Below, in pieces: positions 23,979 to 33,778 of a stretch of 63,736 bases of DNA. This stretch comes from Verrucomicrobiales bacterium (GTDB lineage Bacteria; Verrucomicrobiota; Verrucomicrobiia; Limisphaerales; J093): NCBI GenBank assembly GCA_037445715.1, contig JBBIJZ010000004.1:18194-81929 (forward strand). The letters run 5' to 3'. Under the pieces are notes generated by a model. It was not told the origin of the DNA. It worked only from the letters and a program-made list of their open reading frames with translations, and made no database searches. Both the position numbers and the translations under genes were made by a program. Each line of letters opens with the position of its first letter. Positions within the stretch are counted from its first letter, which is position 1.

Positions 23979-26681
23979 ATGCGCTGGCCCGCCCCGGCCG
24001 GGGCGCGGGAAAAACTCGAAATCTTTTCCGCCCCGCGGGCAAACTGGGGCGGACGTTCTCCGCGCGCGGCAAGGGGCGGCCCGCCGGCGGCGTCCAACAC
24101 CGCTGTGTCCGCCACGGCAACATCGCTCGAGCGCGTCCGCGTGGACGGCCGGTTCTTCCGCGCCGGCGCGCGGAAGTTCCACCCGCGGGGCGTGGCCTAC
24201 GGCCCGTTGGCGCCCGGTCCGGACGGGGCGCCCTACCCGGCGCCCGAGCAGGTGCGACGCGACCTTGCGCAGATGCGCGAGCTGGGCGCCAACCTGGTGC
24301 GCGTGTACACCGTGCCCCCGGTGTGGTTCCTGGACCTGGCCGCGGCGCACGGCCTGCGGGTGTGGGTGGACGTGCCCTGGAACCAGCATGCCCGCGTGGT
24401 GGACCGCCCGGACCTCCGCGCCGCTGTGCGCGACACGGTGCGCCGCGCGGCCGGGGCCTGCGGCCGGCACCCCGCGCTCTTCGCCCTGAGCGTGGCCAAC
24501 GAACTGCCCGCGGACGTGGTGCGCTGGTCCGGCGCGGCGGCCACCGAGGCGTTTCTGGACGAGCTGGTCGCGGTGGCCCGGGAGCAGGCGCCCGAGTGCC
24601 TGTGCACCTTCGGCAACTACCCCACCACCGAGTTCCTGCGCCCCCGCACGGTGGACTTTGTCTGCTTCAACGTGTACCTCCACCAGCCGCGGGTCCTGCG
24701 CAACTATCTGGCCCGCCTCCAGACCCTCGCCGCGGAGCGCCCGCTGGTGCTGGGCGAGTTTGGGATGGACGCCCTGCGCGAAGGCCCCGCGCGCCAGGCC
24801 GAACTGGTGGGCTGGACCATCGAGACCGCCTTCCGCGCCGGGCTGGCCGGGGTGATCGCTTACAGCTTCACCGACGAATGGTTCAAAGACGGCCGCCCGG
24901 TCGGGGACTGGCAGTTTGGGTTGACCGACCGCGTCCGCCGCCCGCGGCCGGCTTTTGCCGCCGCCCAACGCGCCTTTGCCGCGGCGCCGTACTTCCCCCT
25001 GCCGGCCACGCCGCCGGTCTCGGTGGTCGTGGCCAGCTTCAACGGCGCGCGCACCCTGCCGGCCTGCCTCGAATCGCTCACCCGGTTGAACTACCCGCAC
25101 TACGAAGTTCTGCTGGTGGACGACGGTTCGACCGACGAAACGCCATCGCTGGCGGCGCGTTTCCCGGGGGTGCGCTGGCTGCGCCACGAGCGCAACCTGG
25201 GCCTGTCCGCGGCCCGCAACACCGGCATCGCCGCCGCCCGGGGCGAGGTGATCGCCTTCACCGACGCGGACTGCCGGGCGGATGAGGACTGGCTTTACTA
25301 CACCGTGGCCGAATTGCTCGAAAGCGGCGCGGCCGGCGTGGGCGGCCCCAACCTGCTGCCCCCGGACGACTCCTGGGTGGCCGCCGCGGTGATGGTCTCA
25401 CCCGGCGGCCCCGCGCCGGTGTTGCTGACCGACCGCGAGGCCGAGCACGTACCGGGCTGCAACATGGTGTTTTGGAAACGCGCCCTGCTCGAGGTGGGCG
25501 GGTTCGACCCGCAGTTCCGCCGGGCCGGTGACGACGTGGACCTGTGCTGGCGCCTGCGGCAACCGGGGGGCCAAATCGCCTACAGCCACGCGGGCTTTGT
25601 CTGGCACGCACGCCGGTCCACCGTGCGGGCCTACCTGCGCCAGCAGTACGGCTACGGCGAGGCGGAGGCGCTGCTGGCGCGCAAACACCCCGAGTACTTC
25701 AACCCGCTGGGGGGCAGCCTCTGGCAGGGCCGCATCTACGCGCCGGCCACCGGCGCCCTCTGGGCGCGGCGGGCGATGATTTACCACGGCCGGTTCGGCG
25801 GCGCGCCGTTCCAGTGCCTTTACCAGGGACCGCCCGCGTATGCGGTGATGGCGCTGACCTCGCTCGAGTACCACGTGCTGGTCACGCTCCCCTTGCTGGT
25901 CCTGGGCACCGCCGTCCCCGGCCTGCTGTCGCTGGGCGTGGCCAGCGCCCTGCTCTCGCTGGCGGTGTGCGCCCTGGCCGCGGGGCAGGCCGAATTGCCC
26001 CCGCGCCGGCATGTTTGGTCCCGCCCGCTGGTGGCGTTGCTGCACTTCCTGCAACCGGTGGTGCGCGGCTGGGCCCGGTACCGGCACCGGCTGGTGGGGG
26101 TGCGTTCGCCGCTGGCCCGCCTGGAAAACCTGGACTCGCTCAGCCGCCAGCAGCAACACCTGGCCCCGCGGGAGGTGGTGGTGCCGGACCCGGCCCGACG
26201 CGGGCGCACGGCCTTTTTGGAAATGTTGCTGGCGCGCCTCGAGAGCGCGGGCTGGCAGTTCCGGGTGGACACCGGCTGGCGCGAGTTCGACCTCGAGGTG
26301 TACGGGCGCCGCTGGAGCAAACTCCGGCTCACCACCCTCGCCGAACACGCCCCGGAAGGCCCGCGCCTCTGGTGCCGGCTGCAGACCTGCTGGACCCTGC
26401 CCGCGCGGGTGGCCTGGGGCGCGGTGACGCTGCTGTCCGTGCTCGGCGTGCTGGCGTGGGCCGCGCGGCACCCCGGGGCCTGGGCGCTGCTGCTTTTGCC
26501 GCCGGCCCTGGCGTGGGGCCTGGCCCGGGACCAGCAAAGCCTGCGCCGCGTCTTCGGCGTGTTCCTCGAGCGCGGGGCCGCGTCCTGGGCGGAGGCAACG
26601 TCCCCCACGGAAGGGCCGGCCGGGACTTCCGGCACCGCGGCCGGCCCGCCCTCGGGCGCAGCACCCGGGGCGACGGCGTGA
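23979..26681 (+). CDS. fusion protein: clan GH-A-like TIM-barrel glycoside hydrolase domain + family-2 glycosyltransferase + C-terminal polytopic membrane domain
   Basis: The N-terminal part has SVANELP (acid/base NE) and LVLGEFGMD (nucleophile-like E). The GT2 core has VSVVVASFNG..., LLVDDGSTDET, FTDADC and GDDVDLCWRL. At least 4 TM helices follow. The start is uncertain (ATG at 23979 chosen). Confidence 0.75.
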   Translation: MRWPAPAGAREKLEIFSAPRANWGGRSPRAARGGPPAASNTAVSATATSLERVRVDGRFFRAGARKFHPRGVAYGPLAPGPDGAPYPAPEQVRRDLAQMRELGANLVRVYTVPPVWFLDLAAAHGLRVWVDVPWNQHARVVDRPDLRAAVRDTVRRAAGACGRHPALFALSVANELPADVVRWSGAAATEAFLDELVAVAREQAPECLCTFGNYPTTEFLRPRTVDFVCFNVYLHQPRVLRNYLARLQTLAAERPLVLGEFGMDALREGPARQAELVGWTIETAFRAGLAGVIAYSFTDEWFKDGRPVGDWQFGLTDRVRRPRPAFAAAQRAFAAAPYFPLPATPPVSVVVASFNGARTLPACLESLTRLNYPHYEVLLVDDGSTDETPSLAARFPGVRWLRHERNLGLSAARNTGIAAARGEVIAFTDADCRADEDWLYYTVAELLESGAAGVGGPNLLPPDDSWVAAAVMVSPGGPAPVLLTDREAEHVPGCNMVFWKRALLEVGGFDPQFRRAGDDVDLCWRLRQPGGQIAYSHAGFVWHARRSTVRAYLRQQYGYGEAEALLARKHPEYFNPLGGSLWQGRIYAPATGALWARRAMIYHGRFGGAPFQCLYQGPPAYAVMALTSLEYHVLVTLPLLVLGTAVPGLLSLGVASALLSLAVCALAAGQAELPPRRHVWSRPLVALLHFLQPVVRGWARYRHRLVGVRSPLARLENLDSLSRQQQHLAPREVVVPDPARRGRTAFLEMLLARLESAGWQFRVDTGWREFDLEVYGRRWSKLRLTTLAEHAPEGPRLWCRLQTCWTLPARVAWGAVTLLSVLGVLAWAARHPGAWALLLLPPALAWGLARDQQSLRRVFGVFLERGAASWAEATSPTEGPAGTSGTAAGPPSGAAPGATA

Positions 26682-26704
26682 GCGGCAGGTGAAAAACGGG
26701 GGCG

Positions 26705-27154
26705 TCAGCGCATCGGCTGGCGGATTTCCAGGTGACGCACGCGCCCGCCCAGGCCGGAGGTCCAGACCAGCGTGGCGCCACTCAGCAGGGCCAGCCCCAG
26801 CAACAGGCCGCCCAGGCCGCGGGGACATGGGGCGGGCCGGCTTAATCGAAACAGGGCAAACCCGGCCGCGGCCGCGAGGGCGAGCGTGGTGCCCAGGGCC
26901 AGCGCCGCCACTTCTTCATGCTGATCGGCGGCGCGCGGGTCCCAGTCGGTCCGCGCGGCCAGCGCCCGCCGGGCCGGAGCGCCCGAGAGGTAGGCCGGCC
27001 CGCTGAGCAATCCGGCCAGGAGGAACAACACCAGTGCCGCGCGGCGAAAGTCCGGGCCGCGCCAGCACCAACCCAGGACCCCGAGCAACAGGCCGAACCC
27101 CACGGCACAAACCGGCGCATGAGAGGTGAGCAGATGAAGGTAGGCAGCGTTCAT
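26705..27154 (-). CDS. hypothetical 4-TM membrane protein (DUF2231-like topology)
   Basis: 149 aa with four hydrophobic segments and coding-like composition. No motif recognised. Confidence 0.5.
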   Translation of the reverse strand: MNAAYLHLLTSHAPVCAVGFGLLLGVLGWCWRGPDFRRAALVLFLLAGLLSGPAYLSGAPARRALAARTDWDPRAADQHEEVAALALGTTLALAAAAGFALFRLSRPAPCPRGLGGLLLGLALLSGATLVWTSGLGGRVRHLEIRQPMR

Positions 27155-27423
27155 GCGGCGGGCCCATCATGGACGGCAGGACCGGGGTTTCAATGCCCTT
27201 CCCGGCCGTCGCCGGGAAAGGCAGCTCGTGACCCCCGGGGTGAAGCTTCCGGTGATGTGTCCCCGCTCCCGGGAAGAGTAGCCCCGGCGCGCGAAATTCC
27301 GGTAGGGCCGCGCTGTGTCGCGGCCGGGACAACGGCGCCGGCGCCGCGGCACCCGACGGCGGCTGGGCCATGCGGAGGCCGGCGGGATTGTCAGCCCCCG
27401 GCCCGGCTGGCATAACTCGCGGC

Positions 27424-28209
27424 GTGTTGGCCAAACGGGTCATTCCCTGCCTCGACGTCCACGCCGGCCAGGTCACCCGCGGCGTCCAGTTCGGCCGCGC
27501 CGAGCTGGGCGAGTTGCGCAATCTGGGGGACCCGGTGCTACTGGCCCTGGCCTACAACGCCCAGGGCGCGGACGAGCTGGTGTTCTTCGACATCACCGCC
27601 AGCGCCCACGGCCGGGCCACGATGGTCAGCGTCATCGAGCAGGTCGCCGCGCAATGTTTCATGCCCCTGACCGTGGGCGGGGGCATCCGCACGGTCGAGG
27701 ACATGGGCGTGATGCTCCACGCCGGGGCCGACAAGGTGAGCCTCAACACCGCCGCGCTGGCCGAGCCCGACCTGATCCGCGCCGGGGCCGAAAAGTATGG
27801 CAGCCAGTGCATCGTGGTCTCGATTGACACCCGGCGCACCGGACCGGAGACGTGGACGGTTTTCTCGCACGGCGGCCGGCGCGCGACCGGCTGGGAGGCG
27901 GTGGCCTGGGCGCGCCGGGCGGTCGAACTGGGCGCGGGCGAGATCGTGCTCAACAGCATTGACGCCGACGGCACCAAGCAGGGCTATGACCTGGAGATCA
28001 CCCGGCGCATCAGCGAGGCGGTGCACGTGCCGGTGGTGGCCAGCGGCGGCGCCGGCCACCTGGACCACCTGGTCGAAGTGCTCCGCGCGGGCCGGGCCGA
28101 CGCCGTGCTGGCGGCGAGCATCTTCCACGAGGGCACCTACACGGTGGGCCAGGTGAAGCGGCACCTGCGCGCGGCCGGCCTCCCGGTGCGCCTGCCGCCG
28201 GGGACCTGA
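27424..28209 (+). CDS. hisF: imidazole glycerol phosphate synthase, cyclase subunit
   Basis: [11 protein letters not shown]..., [48 protein letters not shown] and VVASGGAG are HisF signatures. I prefer the GTG at 27424 (giving [12 protein letters not shown]) over the upstream ATG at 27370. Confidence 0.9.
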   Translation: MLAKRVIPCLDVHAGQVTRGVQFGRAELGELRNLGDPVLLALAYNAQGADELVFFDITASAHGRATMVSVIEQVAAQCFMPLTVGGGIRTVEDMGVMLHAGADKVSLNTAALAEPDLIRAGAEKYGSQCIVVSIDTRRTGPETWTVFSHGGRRATGWEAVAWARRAVELGAGEIVLNSIDADGTKQGYDLEITRRISEAVHVPVVASGGAGHLDHLVEVLRAGRADAVLAASIFHEGTYTVGQVKRHLRAAGLPVRLPPGT

Positions 28210-28271
28210 CCGCGGGGGCGGGGAATTGCATTGGCCGGGCGTGGCCGTCGCGGCACACTGGGCGCACCAAC

Positions 28272-28661
28272 ATGAGTTTCATCGAACAACTGAAGTTCAA
28301 CGCCGAGGGCCTGATCCCGGCCATCATCCAGGACCGGGCCACCGGCCGCGTGTTGATGATGGCGTGGATGAACCGGGCGTCGCTGGAAAAGACCCTCGAG
28401 ACCGGGCGCACCTGGTTTTGGAGCCGCTCGCGCCAGAAGTACTGGATGAAGGGCGAGACCAGCGGCCACGTGCAGGTGGTCAAAGACATCGCCTGCGACT
28501 GCGACGGCGACACGCTGCTGATCCAGGTCGAGCAGACCGGCGCCGCCTGTCACGAGGGCTATCGCTCGTGCTTCTTCCGTTCGGCGAGTCCCGAGCCGCC
28601 GGGAGTGCGGGTGACCGAGCCGCGGCTGGTGGCGCCCGAACAAGTGTACGGCAAGCCATGA
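28272..28661 (+). CDS. hisI: phosphoribosyl-AMP cyclohydrolase
   Basis: GLIPAIIQD...[27 protein letters not shown] and DCDGDTLL...C are HisI signatures. Confidence 0.9.
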   Translation: MSFIEQLKFNAEGLIPAIIQDRATGRVLMMAWMNRASLEKTLETGRTWFWSRSRQKYWMKGETSGHVQVVKDIACDCDGDTLLIQVEQTGAACHEGYRSCFFRSASPEPPGVRVTEPRLVAPEQVYGKP

Positions 28662-29194
28662 ACGACTGGTTGCTCCCCTTCGGCAGCCCGGCCTACCTGG
28701 GCGTGCTGGGCATCGTGACACTGGCCCGCGGGGCGGATTTTCTGAGCACCTGGGTGGCCAGCCCGCAGTTGCTGCTGGAGGCCAATCCGCTGGCCCGCGC
28801 GCTGGGGTGGCGCTGGGGCCTGGCCTTCAACGTCGCCCTGGCCGCACTGGTGGCCTGCTGGCTGTTGCCGGCCGTCATTCTGGCCACGGCCAGCCTGCTG
28901 GTGGCCGCGCGCAACTTCCAGTCCGCCTGGCTGGCCCGCAGCATGGGCGAGGAGGCCTACCGCCAGTGGCTGGGCGAGCGGCTGGCCAGCGCGGGGCGGG
29001 GCGTGTACCTGGCCTGCATCATTGCCCAGGCCGCGCTGGTCGCGCTGGTGGGCCTGGCGCTGGTCTGGACCAACCCGCTCGAATCGCTGGCCGCCGCCGT
29101 GGGGCTGGGCGTGCTCAGTTACGCGCTGGCGGTGCTCATCTTTCCCCTGGCGGGCGCCCGCCGCCTCTGGCGGGAAACCCGCGCCCGCACATGA
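28658..29194 (+). CDS. hypothetical 5-TM membrane protein translationally coupled between hisI and trpE
   Basis: ATGA overlaps occur at both ends (28658..28661 and 29191..29194). The 178-aa protein is hydrophobic ([20 protein letters not shown]...). No family recognised. Confidence 0.6.
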   Translation: MNDWLLPFGSPAYLGVLGIVTLARGADFLSTWVASPQLLLEANPLARALGWRWGLAFNVALAALVACWLLPAVILATASLLVAARNFQSAWLARSMGEEAYRQWLGERLASAGRGVYLACIIAQAALVALVGLALVWTNPLESLAAAVGLGVLSYALAVLIFPLAGARRLWRETRART

Positions 29195-30738
29195 CCCTGC
29201 CCTGTTTTCCCACCAAGGAGGCCTTTTTGGAGCTGGCCGCCGCGGGCAACCTGATCCCGGTCGGTTGCCGGCTGCTGGCGGATTTTGAAACGCCGCTCTC
29301 GGCCTACCAGAAGTTGCGGGGCCGGGGACAGTCGTTCCTGCTCGAATCGGTCGAAGGCGGCGAACACGTGGGCCGGTACTCGTTTCTGGGCTGCCACCCG
29401 CGCGCGGTCATCCGCCAGACCGGGGCGCGGGTCGAGGTGTTGCGGGGCGGGCGGGTGACCGAGGTGTTTCACACGCCGGCGGCCGGCCAGGCCTACGCGC
29501 GGCAGCGGGTGCGCGACGGGCTGGAGGTGGTCGAGCGCGTGCTGGCCCGGTACCGCCCCGTGCCCGTGCCCGGCCTGCCGCGGTTTACCGGCGGCGCGGT
29601 GGGTTACCTCGGCTACGAGTTCATTCACGACATCGAGCCGGTGGTGCCCCGGCCCCCGCGGGACGAACTGGGCACGCCCACGCTGTATTTTTTGATCGCC
29701 GACCAGTTGCTGATCTTTGACCGCGCGGACCAGACCCTGACGGTGCTGGTGAACGCGGCGCTTGACGAAAGCGGCAGCCCGGAGTCGGCCTACGACGCCG
29801 CGGTGGCGGAGATCGAGCGGCTGCTGGAACTGTTGCGCCAGCCGGTCGCGCATCCGCCCGTGGCCGTGCCGTCGGAGGTGCCGCCGGTGCCCTTCGAGTC
29901 GAACCAGACGCCGGAGCGCTTTTACGCCAACGTGCGCCAGGCCAAGGAGTACATCACGGCCGGGGACGTCATCCAGGTGGTGGGTTCGCAGCGTTTTTCG
30001 GCCCGCGTGCAGGCCGCGCCGCTGGACATTTACCGGGCCGCCCGCACCATCAACCCCTCGCCGTACATGTTCCTGCTGGAGCTGGACGGCTTCGCCCTGG
30101 TGGGCGCCTCGCCGGAAATCCACGTCCGCTGCGAGGACCGCCGGGTGGAAATCCGTCCCATCGCCGGCACGCGCGCGCGCGGGCGCACCCCGGCCGAGGA
30201 CCAGGCGCTGGAGCGCGAATTGCTGGCCGACCCGAAGGAACGGGCCGAGCACGTGATGCTGGTGGACCTGGCCCGCAACGACCTGGGGCGGGTGTGCGAG
30301 TACGGGAGCGTGCAGGTTCGGGACCTGATGGTCATCGAGCGTTACAGCCACGTGATGCACATCGTCTCGCACGTCGAGGGCCGGCTGGCCGCGGACAAAA
30401 CGCCCTTCGACCTGCTCCGGGCCACGTTCCCGGCCGGCACGGTCAGCGGCGCGCCGAAGATACGGGCCATGCAGATCATTGCCGAACTGGAGGGCACCAC
30501 CCGCGGCCCGTACGCCGGGTGCGTGGGGTACTTCAGCTTCAATGGCAACCTGGACACCTGCATCACCATCCGCACCGCGGTGCTGCAGGACGGCCGGGCC
30601 CATGTGCAGGCCGGCGGCGGCTGGGTGAGCGATTCGGTGCCCGAGACCGAATACCAGGAGACGGTCAACAAATCCCGCGCCATGCGCGCGGCCGTGGCCC
30701 TGGCCGAGACGTTTGCGCGCCCGGCGCCGGCGCCCTGA
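29191..30738 (+). CDS. trpE: anthranilate synthase component I
   Basis: LLESVEGGE..GRYSF (the Trp feedback-site motif), then GAVGYLGYE, GDVIQVV.SQRF, NPSPYMF, SPE, IAGTR.RG, L..D.KE.AEH.MLVDL.RND and GGG.V.DS. Confidence 0.9.
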   Translation: MTLPCFPTKEAFLELAAAGNLIPVGCRLLADFETPLSAYQKLRGRGQSFLLESVEGGEHVGRYSFLGCHPRAVIRQTGARVEVLRGGRVTEVFHTPAAGQAYARQRVRDGLEVVERVLARYRPVPVPGLPRFTGGAVGYLGYEFIHDIEPVVPRPPRDELGTPTLYFLIADQLLIFDRADQTLTVLVNAALDESGSPESAYDAAVAEIERLLELLRQPVAHPPVAVPSEVPPVPFESNQTPERFYANVRQAKEYITAGDVIQVVGSQRFSARVQAAPLDIYRAARTINPSPYMFLLELDGFALVGASPEIHVRCEDRRVEIRPIAGTRARGRTPAEDQALERELLADPKERAEHVMLVDLARNDLGRVCEYGSVQVRDLMVIERYSHVMHIVSHVEGRLAADKTPFDLLRATFPAGTVSGAPKIRAMQIIAELEGTTRGPYAGCVGYFSFNGNLDTCITIRTAVLQDGRAHVQAGGGWVSDSVPETEYQETVNKSRAMRAAVALAETFARPAPAP

Positions 30739-30843
30739 ACCGGCGCGTCTCCCGGCGCCGCGGGGAACCGCCGAGGGCCAACCGGGCCCCGATTCTGCGA
30801 GAAAAACCGTCGGTTGCCGGCTTGCTGCGGTTCCCCGGACGAC

Positions 30844-30864
30844 GGGGCAAAACGATTTTTTGCC
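30844..30864. repeat. A/T-cored palindrome GGGGCAAAA-CGATT-TTTTGCC
   Basis: 7-bp arms GGCAAAA/TTTTGCC in the trpE/tRNA-Leu intergenic region. Same core as the 13688..13709 palindrome. Confidence 0.35.
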
Positions 30865-31034
30865 ACGGCCGAGGTGCAGCCATGCCCACCTCGAACAACC
30901 GCCGCGCGGTGGCGGCGTCCACCACGCCCGGTTTGAATACGCGCGGGTTGCGCCGGCCGACAATCCAGGCCCGCGGGGATCGGGCCGGGAGGTGCCGGGC
31001 ACCGGTCGGGGACGCGCCGGCGGTTCGGTTGGTT

Positions 31035-31121
31035 TGGTGCCGGCGGAGGGGGTCGAACCCACACGGCCTCGCGGCCACCAGATTTTGAGTCTGGCGCGTC
31101 TGCCAATTCCGCCACGCCGGC
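31035..31121 (-). tRNA. tRNA-Leu (anticodon CAA)
   Basis: The reverse complement folds by hand into a cloverleaf. The acceptor stem is GCCGGCG/CGCCGGC plus ACCA. The anticodon arm is CCAGA-CTCAAAA-TCTGG (CAA). A long variable arm (GGCC-GCGA-GGCC) is typical of class II Leu tRNAs. The T-loop is TTCGACC, with one U-U mismatch in the T-stem. Length 87 nt with encoded CCA. Confidence 0.88.
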
Positions 31122-31280
31122 ACTCCCGAACACTTTCCCCGTCCGTGCGCAGAACGCACGCGGGGCATTCTGCGCCCGGCCGGTCTTGCGGCAAGCCCAA
31201 TTGGCCGGGCCCGAAGGGCGGCGCGGCGGCGCCGGCCCGGTCCGGCGCGGCGTCCGAGGTGACCGGATCGAACGGCCCGC

Positions 31281-32558
31281 TCAGGGCGGCGTGTTCGGGG
31301 CCGGCCCATTCGAACCGGCGGGCGGCTCGGGAGACGACGCCCGCAGGCGCTGGCGTTCAGCCGCGCGCGCGAAGGGGTAGTACACGAGCATGGCCAGGCC
31401 GATCGAGAGCACGCCCCACACGGCCGCCCGCCAGTCGCCGCCGGTGACCAGGTAGTGCCCGATGACCGGCGGGGTGGTCCAGGGCACGTTGACGAACGGC
31501 TTGCGGATGAGGCCCCAGTCCATGAGCAGGTAGGTGGCGGCCGTCAGGCACAGGGCGTTGAGCACGTAGGGCACCATGAAGACCGGGTTCAGCACGATCG
31601 GCATCCCGAAGAAAATCGGTTCGTTGATCTGGAAGACCTGCGTGGGCAGGGACAACCGGCTCACCTGCCGGTAACCGGGCTCGCGCGAGTTGAGCATCAC
31701 CAGCGCCAGCCCCAGCGTGGCCCCCGTGCCGCCCACGTTTACGAAGACGGTAAAAAACCCGTAGGCCGTGACGTAGGGCAACGGCTGACCGGCGGTCAGG
31801 GCCTCGACGTTGGCCGCCAGGTATTGCAGGAAGACCGGCGCCACCAGGGCGTCCATGGCGTTGTCGCCGTTGATGCCCACCGACCAGAGCAGCGTGACGC
31901 AAAAGGCGTACGCCAGGATGCCCGGCAGGGTGTTCAGGGCAAACACCAGCGGGCTCAGCGCCCGTTGCACGCCCCGGTCAATGTCCACCCCCAGCACAAA
32001 GCGCACCCCCCAGAACGCCAGCACCAGCGCGAGCATCGGCACCAGCGAGAGAAACGAGTCCTGCACCACCCGCGGCACGCTGGCCGGCAGACGGATCACC
32101 CAGTGGCGGTCGGCAAAAAACTGCTGCACCCGCACCACCACCAGGGCGATCAGGATGGCGGTGAACAGCCCCTTCGAGCCCAGGTTCTCCATGACCAGCT
32201 TTGGCTCGCCCGGCTGCATCTGGATCAGCAGAAACACCAGCGCGGCCATCGAGGCGCTCACGGCCGGTTCCCGGCCCCTGAGCCGCGCCAGCTCGTAGCC
32301 GATGGCGAAGCACACAAACACGGACAACAGGCCGAAGGTGGCGGTGACCGGGATTTGCAGCAGGTCCAGCCACGGGGCCACCACCCGGTCCCAGCCGCTC
32401 ACCGGCAGGAACGCCACCACCATGAACAAGCCGCCGATGATGGTCAGCGGCACCACCGCCACCATGCCGGCGCGGATGGCGGAGAGGTAGGGATTTTCGC
32501 TCAGGCCCGTCAACGCGGGCACCAGGTACCGGTTCAACCAGGCGGTCAGGGCGGTCAT
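31281..32558 (-). CDS. PTS lactose/cellobiose-family EIIC-type permease (orphan)
   Basis: MTALTAWLNRYLVPALTGLSENPYLSAIRAGMVAVVPLTIIGGLF... is a typical EIIC (ChbC/CelB-like) N-terminus, followed by about 10 TM helices. Start at ATG 32558. Confidence 0.8.
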   Translation of the reverse strand: MTALTAWLNRYLVPALTGLSENPYLSAIRAGMVAVVPLTIIGGLFMVVAFLPVSGWDRVVAPWLDLLQIPVTATFGLLSVFVCFAIGYELARLRGREPAVSASMAALVFLLIQMQPGEPKLVMENLGSKGLFTAILIALVVVRVQQFFADRHWVIRLPASVPRVVQDSFLSLVPMLALVLAFWGVRFVLGVDIDRGVQRALSPLVFALNTLPGILAYAFCVTLLWSVGINGDNAMDALVAPVFLQYLAANVEALTAGQPLPYVTAYGFFTVFVNVGGTGATLGLALVMLNSREPGYRQVSRLSLPTQVFQINEPIFFGMPIVLNPVFMVPYVLNALCLTAATYLLMDWGLIRKPFVNVPWTTPPVIGHYLVTGGDWRAAVWGVLSIGLAMLVYYPFARAAERQRLRASSPEPPAGSNGPAPNTPP

Positions 32559-32589
32559 GGGGGACGGGACCGGGCACGACTCCGGGCGG

Positions 32590-33219
32590 CTAGTCACGCA
32601 GCGAACGCCCCATGTATATGCAGGCGTCGGGGCCGGTGCCGGCCCGGGTCAGTTCCCGGAAACCCAGCCGCTCGTAAAATCCCTGCGCGCGCCGGTTGAA
32701 CACGCTCACGCCCAGGTGCACGCCCGGCACGCCCCGGCCGCGCAGGAGTTCCAGCAACGCGTGAATCATCCGCCGTCCGTAGCCCCGGCCCTGCGCGCGG
32801 GGCAAGAGGTCAATGTGCAGGTGCGCGGGATACGCCGCGTAGGGTTCCGGGCAGAAGTAGTCCGGGTGGTGGTAGGCGTGATAGACCTGTTGCACGCGCG
32901 TCCACCGGGCCGGGTCCCCACCCGGGTCGGGGAACTGCGCACCCAGGCGCGGCCGCCACTCGCGCTCGTAGCGGGCGTAAAAGGCCCGGGAATCCGGGGC
33001 GGCCAGCGCGTAGCCGCAGATCCCTTGCGCGTCCTCAAGGATCAGGCTGAACTCCGGCTCAAACGCCAGGTACGGGCCCACAAAAATTCGGCCCAGCGCG
33101 TCCGGGTCCTCGCGGTAAAACGGCTCGCCGTCCTCGCCGTAGTTGCCGGTCTTCAGGCACACGTAATAAGCCCCGGGTTCGTCACCGGGCCGGGCCGGGC
33201 GGATGTGGCATTCACTCAT
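32590..33219 (-). CDS. GNAT-family N-acetyltransferase
   Basis: The acetyl-CoA binding motif region is LLPRAQGRGYGRRMIHALLELLRGRGVPGVHLGVSVFNRRAQGFYERLGF. Start at ATG 33219 (MSECHIRPARPGDEP). Confidence 0.75.
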   Translation of the reverse strand: MSECHIRPARPGDEPGAYYVCLKTGNYGEDGEPFYREDPDALGRIFVGPYLAFEPEFSLILEDAQGICGYALAAPDSRAFYARYEREWRPRLGAQFPDPGGDPARWTRVQQVYHAYHHPDYFCPEPYAAYPAHLHIDLLPRAQGRGYGRRMIHALLELLRGRGVPGVHLGVSVFNRRAQGFYERLGFRELTRAGTGPDACIYMGRSLRD

Positions 33220-33337
33220 GCGGGCGGCGGGCGGTGGTCCAGGCGGACAATAAGCGGCGGACGGACGCCGAGGCAAGGCCGTGCCGGTCGCAGGCGGCCA
33301 GGTCCGCCGCGAGCCGACCGCCGGGCGCGGCGCCGTT

Positions 33338-33637
33338 TCACCCCCCGCGCAGCAACACCTCCAACGCGAGGGCCACGGCGGTGGCCATGACCATCAGCCC
33401 GGCGGGCATGAACTTGCGCGTCTTGAGCCAGCGGGCCACAAACACGGCCAGCAGGACGCCCAGCAGCACCGGCACCAGTACCGGCCCGTGCGGCACGGGC
33501 CCGTACCCGCACACCGCCAGCACCGCCGCAAAGGCCAGCGCCGTGAAGAGTGACACCCGGCTGCCGGCCTTGAGCCAGCCGATCAGCCCACCCGCCACCA
33601 GCAACACCAGATAAACTGCCAGCACAGATGCCGTCAT
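33338..33637 (-). CDS. TMEM14/UPF0136-family small membrane protein
   Basis: 99 aa with 4 TM helices. The motif VAGGLIGWLKAGSRVSL matches the family GG.(I/M)G(Y/W).K.GS..SL. Confidence 0.6.
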   Translation of the reverse strand: MTASVLAVYLVLLVAGGLIGWLKAGSRVSLFTALAFAAVLAVCGYGPVPHGPVLVPVLLGVLLAVFVARWLKTRKFMPAGLMVMATAVALALEVLLRGG

Positions 33638-33778
33638 GCGTTCAGCCTGCTTTAGCCCCCGGGGAACTTCCAAGAACGGAATCGCCCCGGGCGCGCTGAC
33701 GGGGGCGCGGGCGTTGGGAGGAAAATCCCGTCGGGTGAGTTGCCCGGCGGGTTTGCGGCTTCAAGTGGACCCGGCCGT

